DNA of 64,000 nucleotides from a bacterium (GTDB lineage: Bacteria; UBA8248; JACPRG01; G963555815), in contig CBDHDG010000006.1 of NCBI GenBank assembly GCA_965261595.1, forward strand, positions 704,001 through 768,000. Reading direction: 5' to 3'. Under the pieces are notes generated by a model. The model made no database searches, was not told the DNA's origin, and worked only from the letters and a program-made list of their open reading frames with translations. Below, piece after piece: positions 38,550-48,267 of the stretch; the first letter of the stretch is position 1, and each line of letters opens with the position of its first letter. The translations under genes were made by a program, and so were the position numbers.

Positions 38550-39377
38550 TCAGATCGGATCCAGCGGCGGGATTTCGGAGATCCGCCCCTTTTCGCGGGA
38601 GAACGACAAGAGCAGCTTCAGCGCCTCCCGTCCCTCGTCCCCCAGTGTCAGGGTGTAGTTGTTGACGTACATGAGGACAAAGCGTCGACAGGTGTCATGG
38701 TCGATGCCGCGGCCGTACCGCATGGCGTACTCGATGGCCTCATCAATGTGCGCGTGGGCATACGCGATGGAACGGCGCAGCGCTTCCGACATCTCCGCCC
38801 CCGTGGCCTCGCCCAGATCCCGCCGCACCACGTTGATCCCCAGCGGAAGCGGGAGGCCGGATTCCCGTTCCCAGGCCTCCCCGAGGTCCAACACTTTGTG
38901 AAGGCCCATCGCCTGATGGGTGATCTGTCCTTCGTGGATCAGGAGCCCCACCTCGACCTCCCCATCCAGGACGGCCTTCGGGATCTCGTCGAACGCCACC
39001 TCGACGAATTTGGGGTCTCCACAGTAAACCTGAAGCAAAAGGGCCGAGGTGGTGTATCTGCCCGGGATGGCCACCACCCGGTCCGGAATCTCCCCCGGGT
39101 CCATCGGCTCGCGGGCCACCAGGATCGGCCCATACCCCTTCCCCATGGAAGCGCCACAATCCATGATCCGGTATCGGTCGGCCAGCTGGGGATAGGCCGC
39201 CGCCGAGATGGCGGTGACCTCGAGCTCCGCCGTACGAGCCCTCTGGTTGAGGGACTCGATATCTTCAAGCACGTGGGTAATCTCACAGCCCTCAGCCTTC
39301 ACCTTCCCCGCGGTAAGCGCGTAAAACATAAACGCGTCGTCCGGGTCCGGGGTATGTCCGATCCGAATCATTGTCAT
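38550..39377 (-). CDS. mqnD: 1,4-dihydroxy-6-naphthoate synthase
   Basis: GHTPDPDDAFMFYAL, G.GYGP, GLLIHEGQ, LPLPLG, MYVN. Confidence 0.9.
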   Translation of the reverse strand: MTMIRIGHTPDPDDAFMFYALTAGKVKAEGCEITHVLEDIESLNQRARTAELEVTAISAAAYPQLADRYRIMDCGASMGKGYGPILVAREPMDPGEIPDRVVAIPGRYTTSALLLQVYCGDPKFVEVAFDEIPKAVLDGEVEVGLLIHEGQITHQAMGLHKVLDLGEAWERESGLPLPLGINVVRRDLGEATGAEMSEALRRSIAYAHAHIDEAIEYAMRYGRGIDHDTCRRFVLMYVNNYTLTLGDEGREALKLLLSFSREKGRISEIPPLDPI

Positions 39378-39497
39378 TCAAGGTCTCCATGAAGAAGATT
39401 GCGACCCGAGAGAAGAGTATCGAGGCCATCCGGCCGGTCTTCGCGCGGAAAGGATACCCCAACCGGGTCATCTTCCCTTTCCCCGATTCGAGGCTTC

Positions 39498-40472
39498 CTA
39501 TCCATAAGAACGCCAGAGGACATCGGCCACCGCCCCCATTCCGACGATGACGCTGAACCAGGCGTTCAGCTGAAAGAACGATAAATCCACCCGGGAGAAA
39601 TCACCGGGCCGGACCACGACATGCTCATACCCCAACAAGACCGTCCCCAGCAACCAGGAGAGCCAATAGATCCCTCCCAGTTGGCCGGACCAGCCGGTCA
39701 TGAAGAGGGAAAAGGCCGTCACAAAGTGCAACCCGCCGGAGAGCCAAAGGGCGCGAGGGACGCCGAATCGGGCCGGGACGGATCGCAGCCCCTCGGCCCG
39801 GTCGAAATCGAAATCCAGGCAGGCGTAGATCAGGTCGAATCCGGCCACCCACGTCGTAGCGCCCAGCGCGAGCCACAAAGGGACGGCCGTCAGGTCTCCG
39901 CGAACGGCGATCCAGGCCCCGGCCGCCGCGCACCCGTGGACCGACCCCAGGAACAGGTGGCAGCTCCACGTCCACCGCTTGGCGTAGGAATAAAAAACGA
40001 TGATCCCCACCACGACCGGCGAGAGCCAGAGCGTCAGGCGGTTCAACAGGCCGGCGGACACGAGGAACAGGGCGAGCGAGACCGCCATGAAAACCCAGAT
40101 GCCTTTTCCTTCCACGATGCACCGGAAGGCCAGCCGGTCCCGCGTTCTGGGGTTCTTCGCGTCAAAGTCCTTGTCGGCGAGTCGGTTGAGGGCGAAGGCG
40201 AAGTTCCGCGCCCCGACGGCCGCCGCGACGATCCAGGCCAGCGACCACGCCGAGGGGACCCCCCCGGCGGCGAGAAACGCCCCCGCCAGCACAAAGGGCA
40301 GGGCGAAGACGGAATGCTCGAGCTTGACCAGACGGAACAACTGGACGGCCGTCCCGCCGTCCTTCGGACCCGGACCGGGATCGCGGGAATCCGCCGTGTG
40401 CGGGTCCCTTTTCAGGCGATCGCTCCGGCCGGCAGGGTCCCCGCCCTCCTCCCCCCGCGCGGCCTCAATCAA
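39498..40472 (-). CDS. UbiA-like polyprenyltransferase (MqnP)
   Basis: KLEHSVFALPF, NRLADKDFD..NPRT, YSYAKR, GFDLIYA..D..FD; start uncertain. Confidence 0.88.
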   Translation of the reverse strand: MIEAARGEEGGDPAGRSDRLKRDPHTADSRDPGPGPKDGGTAVQLFRLVKLEHSVFALPFVLAGAFLAAGGVPSAWSLAWIVAAAVGARNFAFALNRLADKDFDAKNPRTRDRLAFRCIVEGKGIWVFMAVSLALFLVSAGLLNRLTLWLSPVVVGIIVFYSYAKRWTWSCHLFLGSVHGCAAAGAWIAVRGDLTAVPLWLALGATTWVAGFDLIYACLDFDFDRAEGLRSVPARFGVPRALWLSGGLHFVTAFSLFMTGWSGQLGGIYWLSWLLGTVLLGYEHVVVRPGDFSRVDLSFFQLNAWFSVIVGMGAVADVLWRSYG

Positions 40473-41907
40473 GTCCGTACTCCTCCCAGCGGCCGTCCAC
40501 CAGGGCCTTGACCTCCGGGCTCATCCGGGCGACGTCGGGCCACTCGCGATCGAATCCCTCCTCTTTCCATTTGACCGTGGCGTCGATCCCCATCTTCGTG
40601 CCGGCCGTGAAGCGGGCGGAGGCGTGGTCCAGAACCTCGGCGGGTCCGTCCACGAAGCAGACGTCCCGGCGGGGGTCGATGTTGCTCGATGCGATCCAGG
40701 CGACCTGGCTCACGTCCTGCACATCCACGTCCTCGTCCACAACGATGATGACCTTGGCGAACATCATTTGCCCCAGCCCCCAGAGGGCGTGCATCACCTT
40801 TCGCGCGTGATGGGGATACCGCTTCCGGATGGAGACGATGACGATGTTGTGAAACACCCCCTCGGCCGGCATGTTGAGGTCCACCACTTCGTGAAGCTGC
40901 ATCTGGATCAGGGGCAGGAAGATGCGCTCGGTCGCCTTCCCCATGTAAAGGTCCTCCATGGGAGGCGGGCCGACGATGGTCGTGGGGTAGATGGGATCCT
41001 TCCGGCGGGTGACGCACTGGACGTGGAAGACCGGGTAGTCGTCCGCCAGGGAGTAGAAGCCGGTGTGGTCGCCGAAGGGCCCTTCGCGGCGAACCTCGCC
41101 GGGCTCCAGATAACCTTCGAGGACGATGTCCGCGTCGGCCGGCACCTCCAGGTCCACGGTCTCGCATTTGACGAGACGAACTTTCTTCTGACGCAGAAAA
41201 CCCGCGAAGAGGAGCTCGTCCATCCCGGGAGGAAGGGGCGAGCTGGCGGCGTAGGTCAGGATCGGGTCCCCCCCGATGGCCACGGCCGCTTCCATCCGCT
41301 TGCCGGCCCGGGCGTGCTCCCGGTAGTGCGCGGCCCCGTCGTGATGCCGGTGCCAGTGCATCCCGGCCGTCTCGCGGTCGAAGACCTGGAGCCGATACAT
41401 CCCCACGTTGCGCTTGCCCGAAAGGTCCTTGGTGTAGACCTGGGGGATCGTGATGTAGCGGCCGCCGTCCTCCGGCCAGCACTTCAGGGCGGGGATGAAA
41501 TCCAGCGTCGCGCCCTCCCGGACGATCACTTCCTTGCACGGGCCGGCCGAGACGGTCTCGGGGCCGATGGCGGCGAGCTTCATGAGGGGGGGCAGGCGCT
41601 TGAGCTTATCCATCAGACCTGTGGGCATTTCCAGGTTGAGGAGCTCGCGGATACGTCCGGCGACGGTCTCGAAGGTGTCCACGCCCAGGGCCATGCACAT
41701 GCGCTTCTCGGAGCCCAGGGCGTTGATCAGAAGCGGGATGTTGTGCCCTTTGACGTTCTCGAAAAGCAGCGCCGGGCCGCCCCGCTTGACGGACCGATCG
41801 GCAATCTCGGTGATTTCGAGAACCGGATCGACCTCGGCGGAGATCCGCTTGAGCTCGCCCGCCGCTTCGAGCGCGGTGACGAATTCTGATGTGCTGTCGT
41901 ATGCCAT
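40465..41907 (-). CDS. Menaquinone biosynthesis decarboxylase (UbiD family, MqnL)
   Basis: CWP.DGG, N.GMYR.Q, EGPFGDHTGFY, GQMMF.K, LDH, KMGIDAT. Confidence 0.9.
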   Translation of the reverse strand: MAYDSTSEFVTALEAAGELKRISAEVDPVLEITEIADRSVKRGGPALLFENVKGHNIPLLINALGSEKRMCMALGVDTFETVAGRIRELLNLEMPTGLMDKLKRLPPLMKLAAIGPETVSAGPCKEVIVREGATLDFIPALKCWPEDGGRYITIPQVYTKDLSGKRNVGMYRLQVFDRETAGMHWHRHHDGAAHYREHARAGKRMEAAVAIGGDPILTYAASSPLPPGMDELLFAGFLRQKKVRLVKCETVDLEVPADADIVLEGYLEPGEVRREGPFGDHTGFYSLADDYPVFHVQCVTRRKDPIYPTTIVGPPPMEDLYMGKATERIFLPLIQMQLHEVVDLNMPAEGVFHNIVIVSIRKRYPHHARKVMHALWGLGQMMFAKVIIVVDEDVDVQDVSQVAWIASSNIDPRRDVCFVDGPAEVLDHASARFTAGTKMGIDATVKWKEEGFDREWPDVARMSPEVKALVDGRWEEYGLD

Positions 41908-42169
41908 GTCAGGATTGCGCCCCGCTTGTGAAGCATTTCTCAATAACGAATCATAACATAGAGGCTTAAAGGCGCATCCGTTCCAAAGGGCAAAACGTCC
42001 CAGGAGGGCTTTTTTGAAAAACCGCCCCCCTGACCCCCTGAAAAACTTTTGGCGGCCGAGCTATGCTCGGCCTTGCTGGGGGTGGATGTCTTATCGGCTG
42101 TGGTGGCCGGCTGTGGCCCTCGGTGGCTTGGATTTTTGGCCGGAGGCCCGTCTGCCTGCGGCCAAGGGG

Positions 42170-42279
42170 CCAGTTTCTTGCGAAAGAGGGCGGCGCCTAC
42201 GGCGCCGCCCTCTTTCGCCAAACGAAAGTTTTCGAGGGGGGGATTGGGGGGGACAGTTTTCAAAATGTCCCCCCCAAGG
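42170..42279 (-). repeat. Structured dispersed repeat, copy 2 (inverted relative to 14877-14981)
   Basis: Same first hairpin and linker; second stem 42180-42218 differs in sequence but pairs perfectly. A degenerate third copy lies at about 42003-42050. Confidence 0.85.
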
Positions 42280-42291
42280 TTCTCGCTCTTC

Positions 42292-42615
42292 CTACTCGAT
42301 AACCTTCGGCACCTTATAGTGGCCGTGGTCGGACAACGGGGCGAGGGAGAGAAAATCCTCTTTCGGCAGCGGGCTTCGGACCTCATCCTCCCGGTAGACA
42401 TTCTCCATCGGAAGAACCGTCGTGACCGGCTCGACCCCTTCGGTGTCCACTTCGTTCAGCAAGTCCATATACCCCAGAATGTTCGCGAGGTGGTCCTGGA
42501 AGCGGTCCCGCTCCTCGTCCGAGAATTGCAGCCGCGCGAGCTGGGCGACGTGCTCGATTTGTGCTTTGGTGAGCTCCGTCGATTTTCTCTCCTTCGGCCG
42601 GTGACGTCCTATCAA
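42292..42615 (-). CDS. gatC: Asp-tRNA(Asn)/Glu-tRNA(Gln) amidotransferase subunit C
   Basis: HVAQLARL...L.EVDTEGVEP...REDE...AP....YKVPKVIE. The true start is probably near 42583, after AAGGAG, where the codon reads TCG. Confidence 0.88.
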   Translation of the reverse strand: MIGRHRPKERKSTELTKAQIEHVAQLARLQFSDEERDRFQDHLANILGYMDLLNEVDTEGVEPVTTVLPMENVYREDEVRSPLPKEDFLSLAPLSDHGHYKVPKVIE

Positions 42616-42693
42616 TATAGCGCCTCCGGGACGATTTGGACAACCTCATCAGGTCGGGTCATTCAACCGGGATGTTTGGCCGTTGGTCCTTCT

Positions 42694-42870
42694 ATCCGCG
42701 TAATCTGTGAAATCTGTGGATGGATTGTGGGGGACAGGCGAGATTCCTCGTCGGGGACAAGCCTTTGAGTCGGTTGACTCCTCGCTCGGGATGACAAGCA
42801 GTCGTGTGGGTCTTGGTTGATTCAAGAATCTGTGAAATCCCCACCTGCGTGGGGACAGCGTCTGCGGATG
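42694..42870. repeat. REP-like repeat cluster related to 2086-2335
   Basis: AATCTGTGAAATCTGTGGAT and AGGCGAGATTCCTCGTCGGGG...GGATGACAA. Confidence 0.7.
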
Positions 42871-42880
42871 GATTATGGGG

Positions 42881-45196
42881 TCAACCCGTCTCCTTCATGG
42901 GCGCGTACTTGACGACCAGTTGCTTGGCGCCGGAGGCGAACCGGACGGACACGCGCAGTTTGTCGCCTGATCCATTGCGGGCCACAATCGTGCCGGATCC
43001 GAACCGCTCGTGGACCACGCGGGCGCCGACGCCCCAGGGTCCAGGGGAGCGGGGGAGAGCGGAGCTCCCGGGCGGGATTTTCTCCCGGGATGGTTCCCGC
43101 CGTTCCGGTGAGGTCCGCTCCGGCCGCCGGGAGGAGGGGGGGGGGAAGCCGTCGCGCCCACGGCCATGGCGGGAGACACCCGGGACCCGGCCGGATTCAT
43201 CCCCTTTGCGGACAAGCACCTCGTCCGGGATTTCCGACAGGAAGATCGATTCCGGGTTCGAGAGGGTCCGGCCGTTCATCATCCGGGAGCGGGCCCGGGT
43301 CAGAATGAGCCGGTTTTTGGTTCGCGTCATGCCGACGTAGAAAAGCCGGCGCTCCTCCTCGATCTCCGCGTCCCCGGCCCGAAGGGATTGGGCGTGGGGG
43401 AGGAGGCCGTCCTCCACGCCGGTGAGGAAAACCGTGTCGAACTCGAGCCCCTTGGCGGCGTGCAGCGTCATGAGGAGGACAATGCCGGCTTCCTCTTCCC
43501 CGGCGGCGTCCACGTCGGAGAGCAGCGCGGTTTCATCCAGGTAATCGCGGAGCTTCGGGGCTTCTCCCTGGACGTCGAGCCGCCGCGCGTGGAATTCCTC
43601 GACGGATCGGAGAAACTCTTCGACGACTTCCCCCCGGCCCGCCTGCCGGCAGAATTCCCCGTACCCCGTCTTGTCCAGGACTTCGCGGACCAGGTCCGCC
43701 ACGGGCAGCCGGGCCGCGTCATGGACCAGAGCGCGCATTAATCCGTGAAAGGCCGCCAGACTGTTTTTCGCCGCACCGGCAAACGGGCTTTCCGGCGCGG
43801 CGATCACCTCCCACAGGGACTTCCCGTCCCGTGCGGCCAACTCCCTCAACCGGGCGATGGTCGTCCCGCCGATCCCCCGGGTGGGCGTGTTGATGATGCG
43901 AAGAAGGGCGTCGTCGGCCCTCGGGTTCGCCAGGACTTTGAGATAGGAAACCAGGTCCTTCACTTCCTTTCGGTCGAAGAAACGGAGCCCGGCCAGCACG
44001 CGGTGGGGGATTCGGTTCCGGCGGAACGCCTCCTCGAACGGGCGGGTCTGGGAATGGGTGCGGAAGAACACGGCCGTCGTGCCGGACCCCCGGCGGTCTC
44101 CTTCCTCCGGCTTCGAGGGCAAGCGGATTTGGGAGGCGACGAATTCGGCCTCCGCGTTCTCGTCCGGCGCGATGAAGAGCGTCAGCTTCTCGCCCGTCTC
44201 CCGGGTGGGGATGAGCGATTTCTCGCGCCTTTGCCGGTTCCGGGAGATCACCCCGGCGGCACCGCGCAGGATAGAGGCCGAGGAGCGGAAATTCTCCTCC
44301 AGGCGGATCACCCGGATGCCCGGATACGCCCGCTCGATGTGCAGGATCCCCTCCACCTCCGCCCCCCGCCAGCGGTAGATGCTCTGGTCCTCGTCGCCCA
44401 CGACGCAGAGGTTCCGGCCGTCCCCGGCGAGAAGCTTTAGGAACCGGTGCTGCGCGCCGTTGGTGTCCTGGTATTCATCCACCAGGATGTGGCCGAAGCG
44501 GGAACGATAGGTCTCCAGGATTTCGGGATGCCCGCTCAGAAGCCGGAGGGTCAGGAAGAGGAGGTCGTCGAAATCGGCGGCGCCCGAATCCCGGAGGCGG
44601 CGCTGGTAGAGCGGATAGGCCTGGCGCACCTTGGCGTCCAGACCGAAGTCCCGTCCCTGGAATTCCTCGGGGCCGAGATCCCGGCTCTTGGCCCCGCGGA
44701 TCGCCGCGAGAATGGCGCGGGGGGGATAAAGGTCCCGGCTGATCTTGAGATCGGCCGAAACGGCGGTGATCGCGGCGAGGCTGTCCGTCCCGTCGTAGAT
44801 CGTGAAATCGGGATCGAGGCCGACGGCCTTTCCGTCCCTACGCAGGATGCGGGCGCACCCGGCGTGGAAGGTCGAGATCCAGGGGAGGCGCGGATTCCAC
44901 CCGGACGCTCCCGATGCGTCGGAAGAGGGCCGGGTCTCGTCCTCCCCGCCTCCTTCTTTCCGTCCGGAGAGCAGGCGGGCGACGCGGTTGCGCATCTCGC
45001 CGGCGGCCTTGTTCGTGAACGTCAGAGCCAGGATCTCCTCGCGCCCGGCGAGACCGTCGGTGATCAGGCGGGCGATGCGCCGCGTGACCACGCGGGTCTT
45101 TCCCGACCCCGCTCCCGCGAGAACCAACAAGGGAGACCCCCGGTGGAGAACGGCTTCTTTCTGGCTGGGCGTGAGATCTTCGAGATGGGCTGTCAC
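42881..45196 (-). CDS. pcrA: ATP-dependent DNA helicase UvrD/PcrA
   Basis: AGAGSGKT, TFTNKAA, VDEYQD, VGDEDQSIY.WRGA, TLHAAKGLEF, EERRLFYVGMTR; C-terminal Tudor-like domain. Confidence 0.93.
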   Translation of the reverse strand: MTAHLEDLTPSQKEAVLHRGSPLLVLAGAGSGKTRVVTRRIARLITDGLAGREEILALTFTNKAAGEMRNRVARLLSGRKEGGGEDETRPSSDASGASGWNPRLPWISTFHAGCARILRRDGKAVGLDPDFTIYDGTDSLAAITAVSADLKISRDLYPPRAILAAIRGAKSRDLGPEEFQGRDFGLDAKVRQAYPLYQRRLRDSGAADFDDLLFLTLRLLSGHPEILETYRSRFGHILVDEYQDTNGAQHRFLKLLAGDGRNLCVVGDEDQSIYRWRGAEVEGILHIERAYPGIRVIRLEENFRSSASILRGAAGVISRNRQRREKSLIPTRETGEKLTLFIAPDENAEAEFVASQIRLPSKPEEGDRRGSGTTAVFFRTHSQTRPFEEAFRRNRIPHRVLAGLRFFDRKEVKDLVSYLKVLANPRADDALLRIINTPTRGIGGTTIARLRELAARDGKSLWEVIAAPESPFAGAAKNSLAAFHGLMRALVHDAARLPVADLVREVLDKTGYGEFCRQAGRGEVVEEFLRSVEEFHARRLDVQGEAPKLRDYLDETALLSDVDAAGEEEAGIVLLMTLHAAKGLEFDTVFLTGVEDGLLPHAQSLRAGDAEIEEERRLFYVGMTRTKNRLILTRARSRMMNGRTLSNPESIFLSEIPDEVLVRKGDESGRVPGVSRHGRGRDGFPPPSSRRPERTSPERREPSREKIPPGSSALPRSPGPWGVGARVVHERFGSGTIVARNGSGDKLRVSVRFASGAKQLVVKYAPMKETG

Positions 45197-45203
45197 GGAC
45201 GGG

Positions 45204-46004
45204 CTACTTCTTTTTCGGGATGATTTCCATCCGCCTCGATTCGGGGCGGACAATGACGTCGGCCGGGTAAAACCCCTTCCGGACGGAGGCGTTCGAGTAG
45301 ATCCAGGTGCGCGGCCCGACCAGGGTCCCGGGGGAGGTCACCGCGTTGCAGCCGATCTCCACATCGTCGCCCAAAACGGCGCCGAGCTTGCGGAGACCCG
45401 TGTCGAACCGGCGGCCTTCGCCCTCGATGACGATGGCGTGTTTCTCCCGGCCAGCCTTCTGCTCCGGCGTGCGCAACTGGAGGTTGGCGAGTTTCGTTCC
45501 CGCCCCCAGATTGACGCGGCGCCCCAGGAGACTGTCCCCAACATAGGCGAAGTGCCCCGCCTCGGCCCCGGCGAAGAAGACGGAGTTCTTGACCTCCGTG
45601 ACGTGACCGACGACGGCCCCGTCCGCCACGATCGCCTCGCCCCGCAAATAGGCCCCCTGGCGGATCTCCGCCCCCGCCCCGATGAGAGCGCCCGCCTTGA
45701 TCAGGACCCCGGGCTCCACCGCGGCGCCGGCGCGGATGAGAATGCGGTGCTCCGGAAGGAACAGGTCTTCTTCCAGCCGGACCGGGGCGTCGGCGTAAAT
45801 CATTCCCGCGTGAAGACTCAGACCGGCCGGAACGGAGCCGGGGGGGGGGGAGGCGTCGAATTCCGCAAGGGTCTCGTCGATGTACGCGGCGATGCGGGAA
45901 ACGCCTTCCCAAACATTTTCCGCGTCCCGAAAGAGACCGGCGACCCAGGGGTCTTCGTCCCCGGGAAAATAGAACGCCCGCTCCGTTTCCGCCCGATTAT
46001 CCAT
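45204..46004 (-). CDS. GlmU-type left-handed beta-helix acetyltransferase, without a nucleotidyltransferase domain
   Basis: IRQGAYLRG, GH.TEVKNS, HFAYVGDS.LG..VNLGAG, RKLGAVLGD. Confidence 0.8.
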   Translation of the reverse strand: MDNRAETERAFYFPGDEDPWVAGLFRDAENVWEGVSRIAAYIDETLAEFDASPPPGSVPAGLSLHAGMIYADAPVRLEEDLFLPEHRILIRAGAAVEPGVLIKAGALIGAGAEIRQGAYLRGEAIVADGAVVGHVTEVKNSVFFAGAEAGHFAYVGDSLLGRRVNLGAGTKLANLQLRTPEQKAGREKHAIVIEGEGRRFDTGLRKLGAVLGDDVEIGCNAVTSPGTLVGPRTWIYSNASVRKGFYPADVIVRPESRRMEIIPKKK

Positions 46005-46022
46005 CAGCGCTCCCCTGCCCGC

Positions 46023-48107
46023 CTACCGGTTCGAGACTTCCCCGACGCACCAGCGGCCCAGCTCGGTTATCGTCCAATCGCCGCCGTCCCGCGCGATCAG
46101 CCCCTGACGCTCCATCTCCCTGAGCAGCCGCCACGCCTCCACGCCGGCCTGGATCGACTCCTCCGCCCGCCCTTGGCTCAACCTCTCCTCAAGCAGTCTC
46201 TCCAGGATGGAGCGCTCGGCGGCCCGGTACGGATGCGCCTCGCGCTTGAGGTCCCGGAGCAGCGCCCTCGCCGCCGCGTCGGCCACGGAATCCAGGGCCT
46301 TCGCGTCCTCCGCGCGGCCCTGGACGGTCACGCCTGTCCGCTCCTCCGTGCCGGAGTTGCGGACGAATACGCCCGCGCGCTGAACGCCCCCGGCGTCGTC
46401 CAGCGCAAGATACAACATTCCGGGGTCTTCGGGGATTTTCAATCGCCTCGCCCGCACCGGCCGGCCGAACGCCGACCGGCAGGACCGGGCCAGGAGGCCG
46501 TCCATGTCGCGCCAGACCTCCGTCCCCGGGGCAAAGCGCGCGCGGTCCGTATAGAAGGCGTAGCGGGTCTTCCGGTGTCCGGCCTCGAAGGGGCGGCGGA
46601 TGGCATCCATCCACCCTTCCGTCGAATTCCCGGGGGCGAGACTTCGCATCGACGCCAGGGCGTTGACGGCCGCCTTCAAGCCGTCGCCCGCAAACAGGGG
46701 GGAGAAACCCGTTTCCGATTTCACCCGGCCGAGCGTGACGTGATGACCCGACGCCTCGCTCCCAACGGCGAAAGGAATCCTCCCGGGCGCGAGGACGGAC
46801 CCGTCCGAGCCGGCCCCGACCTTCTCGATCAACGCGCCCAGCCGGCGGGCGTCCCCCTCCCCTTCCTCCAGGGACTGCATTTCGTTTTCCTCCGCACCCG
46901 CGGCCAGGGCGCGCGCGCACGACAACCCGGCCCGCCAAAGGAGCCACTTGTCCCCCACCGCCGACAGGACCGGCTCAAAACCGAGGCGTGCGGCCTCCCT
47001 CCCGGCCGCGAGATCGCTGTCCACGGTGTTGACGTAGAGCGCCCCCTTGTAGGCGCCGGGATTCCTCTCCGCGAGGAAACGGGCCAGGTGCAGGCCGACC
47101 CGGTCTCCGTCCAGGACCGCCAACCCTTTGCGGAAGGGGTCGTAGACGAGAAGGATGCAGCGGTCTCCGTCCCCGTCGAAAACAGCGGCCGCGGCCCACA
47201 GCCGGCCGGCGGCCAGGTCCGCCTGGCGGCCGCGGGCCATCTCCAACAGGGCCGCCGCGCCCGCGTGGCCGGAGAGGTCTTTCCCCGACTCGTCCCCGCA
47301 CCGCTCGTCCACCAAATCGACCTGCTCGAGCTCGACCACGCCGCCGCCCCGGTTCACCGGGGACCCGGCGCCGTTCACCTCGACGACCCGGCGTACGCCG
47401 AGTCGCTCGAACACGTCGCGGGCCGTTCCGGCCAGGCTTCCCCCCGCGGCGTCCACCACCAGGATGAGATCGGAGAAAGGGGTCCCGGACGGTTTGCTTG
47501 CCTCCGGGCCGCCCGCGGGAACCCAGGTGTTGTAGGGGTCGCACGAATGCTCCACAAACGCCCGCCGCGCCTCGGCCTCCCAAGGAAGGACCTCGCCCTC
47601 TCCTTCCCCTTCCGGCCCCCCGGGGTCTTCCGGCCGGCGTCCGGCCCGCTCGTACACCCGGCGGGTCAGCCGCTTCTCATCGGCGGGGTAGAGCTTTGTC
47701 GCCAACGGGCCGACGAATGCCTTGACGCCGTTCTGGCCTTCAGGATTGTGCGAGGCGGTCGCCATGATCCCCGCCTTCGCGCCCCTTTGAATCATGGCCA
47801 GGGGGACGGCGGGCGTGGGGACGGTTCCGAGGACGACGGCCTTCCGGCCGGCGCGGCGGACACCCCGCACGACCGCTCCCGTGAAAACGCCTTCGTGATC
47901 CCTCGGGTCCCACCCGACAACGACCTCCTCCCCGGCGGACGCCTCCTCCTCGGCAAAGGCCGCGGCGTACAGCCCCGCGAAAGCGGGCGTGAGGCGGCCG
48001 GTTCGCAAGAAGGCCCCGGCCGGATCGGTCCGGCTTTCCTCGTCATCCGGGACAACGACGCCCCGGACACCGTCCGTTCCCTGTAGCCGCGGCGGTCCGG
48101 CGGTCAT
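46023..48107 (-). CDS. Alpha-D-phosphohexomutase (GlmM-like), enlarged
   Basis: GTDGVRG, PTPA, TASHNP..NGVK, FDGDGDR, VGDKW, E.SGH, R.SGTE. Confidence 0.8.
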   Translation of the reverse strand: MTAGPPRLQGTDGVRGVVVPDDEESRTDPAGAFLRTGRLTPAFAGLYAAAFAEEEASAGEEVVVGWDPRDHEGVFTGAVVRGVRRAGRKAVVLGTVPTPAVPLAMIQRGAKAGIMATASHNPEGQNGVKAFVGPLATKLYPADEKRLTRRVYERAGRRPEDPGGPEGEGEGEVLPWEAEARRAFVEHSCDPYNTWVPAGGPEASKPSGTPFSDLILVVDAAGGSLAGTARDVFERLGVRRVVEVNGAGSPVNRGGGVVELEQVDLVDERCGDESGKDLSGHAGAAALLEMARGRQADLAAGRLWAAAAVFDGDGDRCILLVYDPFRKGLAVLDGDRVGLHLARFLAERNPGAYKGALYVNTVDSDLAAGREAARLGFEPVLSAVGDKWLLWRAGLSCARALAAGAEENEMQSLEEGEGDARRLGALIEKVGAGSDGSVLAPGRIPFAVGSEASGHHVTLGRVKSETGFSPLFAGDGLKAAVNALASMRSLAPGNSTEGWMDAIRRPFEAGHRKTRYAFYTDRARFAPGTEVWRDMDGLLARSCRSAFGRPVRARRLKIPEDPGMLYLALDDAGGVQRAGVFVRNSGTEERTGVTVQGRAEDAKALDSVADAAARALLRDLKREAHPYRAAERSILERLLEERLSQGRAEESIQAGVEAWRLLREMERQGLIARDGGDWTITELGRWCVGEVSNR

Positions 48108-48267
48108 AAACGGTGCGCTCCCATCATTCTTTTCACCCGGGGGAGGATGGACTCATCTTGAGCGGTGCCGGTGAGCGACGCGCGGAGACAGCGAGCCCGC
48201 CATCTCGCGCCGCCGCCCGATCGCATCCCCACCGCCTCGCGTCCGCGCTTCCCGCCGGACGTCCGGC

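Noticed and set aside
44802..48086. 1094-aa plus-strand ORF, and similar long antisense ORFs (3480..5711, 8896..11088, 40000..41889, 60505..62082)
   Set aside because: Shadows of well-supported genes on the opposite strand in high-GC DNA, with no family motifs
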